10,819 bases of DNA, taken from the NCBI GenBank assembly GCA_022750455.1, contig JAKIVR010000062.1:1-10819 (forward strand). Reading direction: 5' to 3'. Below, piece by piece: positions 6,181 to 10,819 of the stretch (its first letter is position 1; each line of letters opens with the position of its first letter). Origin of the DNA: Thermoplasmata archaeon. Its GTDB lineage: Archaea > Thermoplasmatota > Thermoplasmata > Lutacidiplasmatales > UBA184. The translations under genes and the position numbers were made by a program. The notes under the pieces are model-generated. The model made no database searches. It saw only the letters and a program-made list of their open reading frames with translations, and was not told the origin of the DNA.

Positions 6181-7234
6181 ACTGATCCAACAGATCGCGC
6201 ATTCCGCGGATCCGGCGGATTCGCGTACGGCGTCGATGCTACAGCGTTCGTTGGAAGAGTACACCTCCCGTCGCCGCGCCCGGGTGAGCCGCCTGAACGT
6301 GACCGTGGACGGACGGACGGAGCCGAGCCTCCTCCACGCCTTGGCCCATCCGGAGAAGGCGTGGGGCGTCGTCCGTCTCGAGCTCATCGACCCGCCGCCG
6401 CCCGGACCGGCGTGGGACTTTCTGCACCCGATCCGCGCCCTCGAACTCTCCGAGGACGGATCGGTCGAGCTCCAGCAGTTCGACGGGACCACGTTGCACG
6501 GGATCGCGCGCATCCTCCTCCGAGAGTACTCCGCCCCTTCCGAGCGCTTGGCGCGTCTCGGCAACCTCTCCCCCGACGGCCGGAGCGCGGCCGCCGGACT
6601 CCGTCCGCTCCCGGCGTTCCGCACGTTCGTACGCACGACGGGGGTCGTCCCGTTCGCGATCGCGATCGAGGCGTACCTTCCCACGGAGAGGGTCCGGTAC
6701 GAGATCGACCTGCTCGACAGCGCCCTCCAGCTCGACCTTCGCGCCGGGCGGTTGCCCCCGGACCGCCGGGTCGGACGAAGTGCCCGGTTCTCCCACGGGG
6801 TCGACACCGTCGTCGCCCGAGGGGACCTCTCCTATCCTTCGAGCCGTTGCCTCGAAGTGATCGCCGAGTCGAACGGGCTCACCGCCCTCGACATCGCTCC
6901 GCTGTTCCGCGGGGGCGGCGAAACGGGTGCGCCGGTGCTCGACTCGCTCGTGCAGCGGGGGTTGGTCGCCTACGATCACCGGACCGCGACGTTCCGTCCG
7001 AGGACCGAAGCGTTCCTCTCGATCGGGGAGAGCTCGTGGGACCTCGAGGATCCGTTGCCCCCGTCCTCGAATCCGGGACTCCGGACGAGCGTCTTAGAAC
7101 TTCTGAACGCGGCCGAGGCGCGGGCGACGTGCCCCTTGTGCGGCAAGGGACTTCTGCCGGGCCACCAAGGACTGTTGTGCGCGGAGTGCACGGCCGCGGT
7201 CGGCAATCCGGACGTCGGGCCCCGGCGCCACTAG
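6164..7234 (+). CDS. Uncharacterised protein (about 356 aa) with a winged-helix-like segment and a C-terminal CxxC-x13-CxxC zinc ribbon; start overlaps the GT4 3' end by 17 nt (alternative ATG at 6119)
   Basis: The frame has protein-like composition and high GC3, whereas its antisense partner 6239..6979 is Arg/Asp/Gly-rich junk. SRCLEVIAESNGLTALDIAPLFRGGGETGAPVLDSLVQRGLVAYDHRTATFRP resembles a MarR/TrmB-type wHTH. The C-terminal ATCPLCGKGLLPGHQGLLCAECTA is a zinc ribbon. ATG 6164 is preceded by GGAG. It ends at TAG 7232-7234. Confidence 0.6.
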   Translation: MSTPVELIQQIAHSADPADSRTASMLQRSLEEYTSRRRARVSRLNVTVDGRTEPSLLHALAHPEKAWGVVRLELIDPPPPGPAWDFLHPIRALELSEDGSVELQQFDGTTLHGIARILLREYSAPSERLARLGNLSPDGRSAAAGLRPLPAFRTFVRTTGVVPFAIAIEAYLPTERVRYEIDLLDSALQLDLRAGRLPPDRRVGRSARFSHGVDTVVARGDLSYPSSRCLEVIAESNGLTALDIAPLFRGGGETGAPVLDSLVQRGLVAYDHRTATFRPRTEAFLSIGESSWDLEDPLPPSSNPGLRTSVLELLNAAEARATCPLCGKGLLPGHQGLLCAECTAAVGNPDVGPRRH

Positions 7235-7259
7235 TCGTTCGGGTTGGTCCGGCCCCGCG

Positions 7260-7838
7260 CTAGCTCGGGGGATTCGGCGGAGGGATCTGGAAGCTCGGCG
7301 GGTCCATTCGTTGTCCACACGAGGGGCAGAACGCCGCGCGTGGACCGACCCGCTGCCCGCAGTGGCTGCAGGTACGCATCCCGGGGCCACCCATGCCTCG
7401 GCCTCCCCCGCCGCGGCCGCTGCCCCAGCCGCCGCCGCCGGCCCACTCTCCACCGCCCCCAGCGCCCGTCGCTCGAAGCCGTTGTCGCTCCTGGCGTGCC
7501 ATGAGCCGGCCCGTCAGGCGGAGCACCCACCCGACGATGATCAGCCCGAGGGCGGTCAGGCCGATCGGGAGATAGTAGGCGCCACCGGGACCGTACGCGC
7601 CGGAGCCCGAGGAGAGCCGGTAGAACAACCAACCGAACAGTAGGACCAGGCCGAGGATGCATAGGATCACTCCGGTCCAGCGCACCAACCGGGCGCGATG
7701 GAGGGCGGCCCGGGCTTCCGGCGGGACGTTCTGCCATCGGCCACCCCCGAATCGTCCCGGGCCGCCCCCGCCGGTGGAACCCCCCGGCGGAGGGAAGCTG
7801 GAGGGCGTGCCGTCCGGGAGCGGCTGAGAACTCGCCAT
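7260..7838 (-). CDS. Small membrane protein with two TM helices, Gly-rich low-complexity segments and a C-terminal zinc ribbon (CSHCG...CPSCG); about 192 aa from ATG 7838 (in-frame GTG 7850 gives 196 aa)
   Basis: The minus-strand frame encodes WTGVILCILGLVLLFGWLFY and YLPIGLTALGLIIVGWVLRL hydrophobic helices, then GGGGEWAGGGGWGSGRGGGGRG, then RTCSHCGQRVGPRAAFCPSCGQRM. It is convergent with the preceding operon. The stop is the reverse complement of CTA at 7260-7262. Confidence 0.55.
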   Translation of the reverse strand: MASSQPLPDGTPSSFPPPGGSTGGGGPGRFGGGRWQNVPPEARAALHRARLVRWTGVILCILGLVLLFGWLFYRLSSGSGAYGPGGAYYLPIGLTALGLIIVGWVLRLTGRLMARQERQRLRATGAGGGGEWAGGGGWGSGRGGGGRGMGGPGMRTCSHCGQRVGPRAAFCPSCGQRMDPPSFQIPPPNPPS

Positions 7839-7905
7839 CGTCGCGCCCACCGGGATGCGACCCTTAACGGTTCCGGAATACGCGCTCGCCGAGGAGTCCC
7901 CAGAC

Positions 7906-7912
7906 CTTTAAT
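7906..7912 (+). promoter_or_regulatory. TATA-like box (CTTTAAT) about 27 nt upstream of tRNA-Cys
   Basis: An AT-rich heptamer in GC-rich flanks at the canonical archaeal distance from the tRNA 5' end (7937). Confidence 0.4.
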
Positions 7913-7936
7913 CGGGACCCGCTTCCCCGGGGCTGC

Positions 7937-8009
7937 GCCGAGGTGGCAGAATGGTTAATGCGACAGCCTGCAGAGCTGTTTCTTGGGGGTTCGATTCCCT
8001 CCCTCGGCT
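7937..8009 (+). tRNA. tRNA-Cys (anticodon GCA), 73 nt, no intron, CCA not encoded
   Basis: Acceptor stem GCCGAGG pairs with CCTCGGC through 7 Watson-Crick pairs. U8 is present. The D-arm is GCAG/AATGGTTA/ATGC. The anticodon stem ACAGC/GCTGT has loop CTGCAGA, with U33 and GCA at 7970-7972. A 5-nt variable loop follows. The T-arm is GGGGG/TTCGATT/CCCTC. The discriminator U (8009) is the Cys identity element. Confidence 0.85.
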
Positions 8010-8089
8010 CTCCCAGCCCCCGTTCGCGACCGATCTGAGTCGTTCTCGGATGCCTTCCTAGGACGGCGGCCACGCGTCGACCGAATCTC

Positions 8090-10009
8090 TTACTCGCCCT
8101 TCTTCGGATCCGACGAAGCGGCGGCTCGCCGGGACGAACTGGAGGGGCTCTGATCCGCCAAGAGCTTCGCAAAGTAGGCCGTCAATAGGCTTCCCGCCGA
8201 TCCCCCTTCCGGCCCTCCCAGGGTGATCTGAGTCTCGGGGGTGATCTGGATGTGCCCGTCCCGGATCGCCTCGACCACGCGCACGAGGGCGACCCGCTCC
8301 GCCCCGATCACCTCGGTCTGCGCCCGGTACGCTTCGGCTTGGGCGAGACCCACCGACTTCACAGCGGTGGCCTGGCCGCTGCCCACCGAGGCGGCGGCGC
8401 CGCCCTGACCCTCGCCCACGCGGAGCAGCGCTTCCTTCTCTCCCTCGGCCTTGATCTTGGTGGAATCCCGAATTCCCTCCGCCTGCTTCACGGCGGCCTT
8501 CGCCTGGTTCTCGTTGATCACGACCTCCAGTTCGGCGGTGACGACCTGGGACTGCAACGCGGCCCGGGCGGTCATCTCCTGCACGGCGATCCGCTGCTGC
8601 TCGGCCGCCGCCTGCTGGACGTACTGGGCTTGTTGCTGCATCGCGATCTCCTTCTGGGTCTGGGTCGCCATCAGTTCCGGAGGCATCCGGATCTGCGAGA
8701 TCAGCAAGTTCTGGGCCTCCACGTTGTACCGCTTGAACGACTCCTTCGCCTTCGAGAGCGCCTCGGCCTGCAGGTCCGACCGGCTCTGGACGAACTCGAG
8801 GGCCTTCTTGTTGCCGGCGTTGTTGCGGAACTCGGCGTCGATCACCGGATGGATGATCTGCTGGATCAGGCTCTGGATCGAACCGAATCGGGCGATGATG
8901 AACGCCGCGTTCGCGGCGTCGATCCGGGCGACGAGGCGTACCTCGACCGCGATCGGGAAGCCGTCCTTCGACGTCACTCCCAATGCGCCGAACTTGAAGT
9001 CCCCGGCGTTGGGCACCGTGGAGTCGGCCCAGTCGATCATGACCGCGTTCGTCGGGACGATATAGGCGGTGTAGGCGACCGGGTTCAGATTGTACCGGCC
9101 CGGCGCGAGCGGATTTCGGAAAATCCCGCGGGTGCCCTTGTCGTCCGTGAGGGGCAGGAGGGTCTCGCTCGCGTCATGGATCGGTGCCGAATCGATCGCC
9201 CTCTCGGAGGTGCCGACCGGGGTCGGTCGGTCCCGGGGTCGGACGAGCTCCTCCCCCACGTTCGAACGGAGGACCGCGACGGTCCCCGGGGGCACGTCGA
9301 TCGTCTTGAAGCTCCGGACTTCGAAGAGGAGGGGATTCACGTAGTACAGACCCGGCTGGAGCGTCTCCAGCTGCGGCCCGCGGTATCCTTTGCCGTCGAG
9401 GAACGCCTGTCCATTTTGGAAATAGCTGTGGGCGCCCGCGGAGGGTGGGGCGATCTGCAGGCTGGAAGGCAGAGGGACCCCGTCCTGCGCGCTGACGACA
9501 CCGATCTCGCTGTCTCCGATGTACGTCGCATCCACCACGTTCACCACGAACGCCCGGGTGTTGATCCGGTATTGTCCGGGGCGGAGGATCGCCGACTGCG
9601 GACCCTTGTGCCCATTTCCCATCAGGAAAGCGTTGGCGTCCTGGAACTGGTTGCACTCGATCTCGTCGCCGACCACTCGGCCCTTGGGGAGTGGCTTTCT
9701 ATCGATCGCCTCCACCGTGCCGACCTTGTCGTCGGGGATTGTGACGATCGGCGACTTCGCCACCTTCCAGACGAATGGCATCCGCCAGTACAATCCAGGG
9801 ACCAGGGTGTCCGCTTGGACCCCGACCTCCCCCTTGCGAGCGACGACCTGGCCCTGCGGCATCGGTCGACCCAGCATGCGCCGGGTCAGGATCCCGACCT
9901 GGTCCTGTTCGATCAGGAAGACCCCGATCAGGAAGATGAGGACGAGAACGATCAGGACCACGACCGCGAGGAACGGGGCCGCCGCGAGGAGTCCGTCCAG
10001 GGCGCCCAA
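8090..10009 (-). CDS. SPFH/band-7 (flotillin-like) membrane protein, 639 aa: N-terminal TM anchor, SPFH domain interrupted by a tandem-repeat insertion of about 200 aa, and a long Ala/Gln/Glu-rich coiled-coil C-terminus
   Basis: A TM segment, APFLAVVVLIVLVLIFLIGVFLI, opens the protein. The first SPFH strand follows (QVGILTRRMLG...LVPGLYWRMPFVWKV). The core SPFH segment appears later: DFKFGALGVTSKDGFPIAVEVRLVARIDAANAAFIIARFGS..SLIQQIIHPVIDAEFRN...LEFVQSRSDLQAEALSKAKESFKRYNVEAQNLLISQIRMPPEL. A flotillin-like coiled coil follows it (EIAMQQQAQYVQQAAAEQQRIAVQE...). The start is TTG 10009, the first start after an in-frame stop, with GGGAG about 9 nt upstream. The opposite-strand 610-aa ORF is Arg/Asp/Leu-rich junk. 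Confidence 0.85.
   Translation of the reverse strand: MGALDGLLAAAPFLAVVVLIVLVLIFLIGVFLIEQDQVGILTRRMLGRPMPQGQVVARKGEVGVQADTLVPGLYWRMPFVWKVAKSPIVTIPDDKVGTVEAIDRKPLPKGRVVGDEIECNQFQDANAFLMGNGHKGPQSAILRPGQYRINTRAFVVNVVDATYIGDSEIGVVSAQDGVPLPSSLQIAPPSAGAHSYFQNGQAFLDGKGYRGPQLETLQPGLYYVNPLLFEVRSFKTIDVPPGTVAVLRSNVGEELVRPRDRPTPVGTSERAIDSAPIHDASETLLPLTDDKGTRGIFRNPLAPGRYNLNPVAYTAYIVPTNAVMIDWADSTVPNAGDFKFGALGVTSKDGFPIAVEVRLVARIDAANAAFIIARFGSIQSLIQQIIHPVIDAEFRNNAGNKKALEFVQSRSDLQAEALSKAKESFKRYNVEAQNLLISQIRMPPELMATQTQKEIAMQQQAQYVQQAAAEQQRIAVQEMTARAALQSQVVTAELEVVINENQAKAAVKQAEGIRDSTKIKAEGEKEALLRVGEGQGGAAASVGSGQATAVKSVGLAQAEAYRAQTEVIGAERVALVRVVEAIRDGHIQITPETQITLGGPEGGSAGSLLTAYFAKLLADQSPSSSSRRAAASSDPKKGE
9302..9649 (-). 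repeat. Tandem protein-coding repeats inside the SPFH gene: two copies of about 40 aa with 76-aa periodicity; weaker copies at about 9761-9826 and 9050-9124
   Basis: aa 121-160 QFQDANAFLMGNGHKGPQSAILRPGQYRINTRAFVVNVVD aligns with aa 197-236 YFQNGQAFLDGKGYRGPQLETLQPGLYYVNPLLFEVRSFK, with about 16 of 40 identical (FQ..AFL.G.G..GPQ...L.PG.Y..N...F.V). The same L-x-P-G-x-Y-x-x-N/P-x-x-F/Y-x-V core occurs in the first SPFH strand (LVPGLYWRMPFVWKV) and at aa 300-318 (LAPGRYNLNPVAYTAYIV). Confidence 0.5.
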
Positions 10010-10233
10010 CTCAGCCGCTCCCGCAGGTTCGGGGTTCGAGCTGACGGAACCGGAGAATCACCGCGTCGGCCAGGTGAACCATAGGTACGAGGGCTTCCAT
10101 TCCCCCCAATCGAACCGCCCTACTTGAATCTCCCCCCGGCCTCCGGGCCTCGATTCTCACCGAGGAGCGCTTCGACGAAGGGACGATCGCGGGTGTGCCG
10201 GCGTTTCTTCAGAGATTCGTCTCCAAATGGGGG

Positions 10234-10256
10234 ACGGCCGCTCGGAACGCGGCCGT
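10234..10256. other. Perfect 8-bp GC-rich inverted repeat (ACGGCCGC tcggaac GCGGCCGT) in the 317-nt divergent intergenic region between the SPFH and CBS genes
   Basis: 10234-10241 is the exact reverse complement of 10249-10256, with a 7-nt loop. It lies about 70 nt upstream of the CBS-protein ATG and about 225 nt upstream of the SPFH start. It is not positioned as a terminator for either gene. Confidence 0.3.
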
Positions 10257-10312
10257 AAGCAGTCCCGGGCTTCCCCTGAGCTCATATTCCGAGAGCCGTT
10301 CCCGACCCATCG

Positions 10313-10317
10313 AAGGA
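10313..10317 (+). promoter_or_regulatory. Shine-Dalgarno (AAGGA) for the CBS-pair gene
   Basis: cgAAGGAtcgctcgagATG: the SD lies 9 nt upstream of ATG 10327. Confidence 0.4.
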
Positions 10318-10326
10318 TCGCTCGAG

Positions 10327-10819
10327 ATGGAAGGCGTGACGTTCAACTACGATGAGAGGCGAGTCACCCCCGTTCGGGAGATCATGGCCACGACGGTGGT
10401 GGTCGTTTCGCCCGACGATTCCTTGATCAAGGCGACCAAGGTGATGCGGGACCACCGCGTCTCCGGTCTCCCCGTGGTCGACGCCACATCGAAAGTGGTC
10501 GGCGTCATCAGCGAGCGGGATGTGATCAAGGAGTTGCACCGCGCGGCCGGGCTCATGACCTACCGCGGGATCTTGGACCTCCTCTTGGCGTTCGACGGGA
10601 GCGAGGGGGCCGACCGGATCCAAACCTCGGTCCAGCGGCTGCATTCGGCCCACGTTCGGGACGTGATGTCCACCAAGGTCGTCCAAGTCGAGCCCGACTC
10701 CACATTGCAGGAGAGCTTGCGGCTCATGCGACAGTTCGGCATCAATCGCCTTCCCGTGGTCGAGCGGGGTCGGTTGGTAGGGATCGTGACCCGCGGGGAC
10801 GTGCTCGCGGCGCTCGCGC
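10327..10819 (+). CDS. CBS-pair (Bateman) domain protein; 3'-truncated by the window end (at least 164 aa); absent from the supplied ORF track
   Basis: Manual translation from ATG 10327 is open to the window end. It begins MEGVTFNYDERRVTPVREIMATTVVVVSPDDSLIKATKVMRDHRVSGLPVVDATSKVVGVISERDVIKEL (CBS1). A linker of about 45 aa follows, then VRDVMSTKVVQVEPDSTLQESLRLMRQFGINRLPVVERGRLVGIVTRGDVLAAL (CBS2). It has high GC3 and a good SD. The antisense ORFs 10282..10686 and 10560..10745 are rejected. Confidence 0.85.
   Translation, partial: MEGVTFNYDERRVTPVREIMATTVVVVSPDDSLIKATKVMRDHRVSGLPVVDATSKVVGVISERDVIKELHRAAGLMTYRGILDLLLAFDGSEGADRIQTSVQRLHSAHVRDVMSTKVVQVEPDSTLQESLRLMRQFGINRLPVVERGRLVGIVTRGDVLAALA

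Noticed and set aside
4582-6807. 741-aa minus-strand ORF spanning the DUF835, GT4 and last-gene region
   Set aside because: Its composition is dominated by Arg/Gly/Pro/Ala/Asp, as expected for the antisense frame of high-GC3 coding DNA. It has no recognisable motif, and the plus-strand genes carry clear family signatures.
7235-7259. Looked for an intrinsic terminator between the convergent operon end (7234) and the Zn-ribbon gene end (7260)
   Set aside because: It is only a 25-nt spacer with no oligo-T tract or convincing hairpin. Archaeal termination signals cannot be called here.
7380-7470. Very GC-rich, repetitive-looking stretch (ccgccgccgccg and similar) that could be mistaken for a simple-sequence repeat or CRISPR-like array
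   Set aside because: It is the coding sequence for the Gly-rich segment (GGGGEWAGGGGWGSGRGGGG) of the minus-strand membrane protein. It has no regular spacer/repeat periodicity.
596-8009. Possibility that the two tRNA genes mark integration sites of a mobile element or genomic island
   Set aside because: No integrase, transposase, direct repeat of a tRNA 3' end, or compositional shift is visible within the window. Genes between and around the tRNAs are housekeeping (mevalonate pathway) or generic membrane proteins.
8252-10084. 610-aa plus-strand ORF opposite the SPFH gene
   Set aside because: Leu/Arg/Asp/Gly-rich low-complexity translation (LLLGLGRHQFRR...). The minus-strand frame has a TM anchor, SPFH motifs and a coiled coil, so the plus-strand ORF is an antisense artefact.
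10282-10745. Minus-strand ORFs of 134, 69 and 61 aa near the 3' end
   Set aside because: They are antisense to an obvious CBS-pair coding frame on the plus strand that runs off the window, which is why the plus-strand frame was missing from the ORF track.

Overview
High-GC window that reads as archaeal. It has archaeal-type tRNAs, one of them with a non-canonical intron in the T-loop. It has the thiolase/HMG-CoA synthase/DUF35 trio that forms the entry to the archaeal mevalonate pathway. It shows TATA-like boxes about 27 nt upstream of leaderless starts, and Shine-Dalgarno motifs before the internal genes of the operon. All function calls come from reading motifs by eye; no database search was possible.

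Layout from 5' to 3':
(1) Minus strand: the N-terminal 38 codons of a PAC2-family proteasome assembly chaperone homologue, coupled by a TAATG stop/start overlap to an upstream 119-aa helical protein.
(2) tRNA-Ala(GGC) carrying the G3:U70 identity pair, with a 31-nt insertion in the T-loop that I read as a non-canonical intron.
(3) A seven-gene co-directional block packed by small gaps and overlaps: XRE-type HTH regulator; HMG-CoA synthase; archaeal acetoacetyl-CoA thiolase; DUF35 Zn-ribbon/OB-fold scaffold protein; DUF835-like protein; GT4 glycosyltransferase; and an uncharacterised protein with a winged-helix-like segment and a C-terminal CxxC..CxxC zinc ribbon.
(4) A convergent small membrane protein with two TM helices, Gly-rich low complexity and a C-terminal zinc ribbon.
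(5) tRNA-Cys(GCA) with U73.
(6) Minus strand: a 639-aa SPFH/flotillin-like membrane protein whose SPFH domain is interrupted by tandem beta-rich repeats.
(7) A 3'-truncated CBS-pair protein that the ORF track missed because it runs off the window.

No CRISPR array, transposase, integrase or rRNA was seen. Several very long ORFs in the track (741 aa, 610 aa, 432 aa and others) are antisense artefacts of the high GC content. The most unusual parts are the extended mevalonate operon with DUF835, GT4 and the wHTH/Zn-ribbon gene, the repeat-containing SPFH protein, and the intron-bearing tRNA-Ala.
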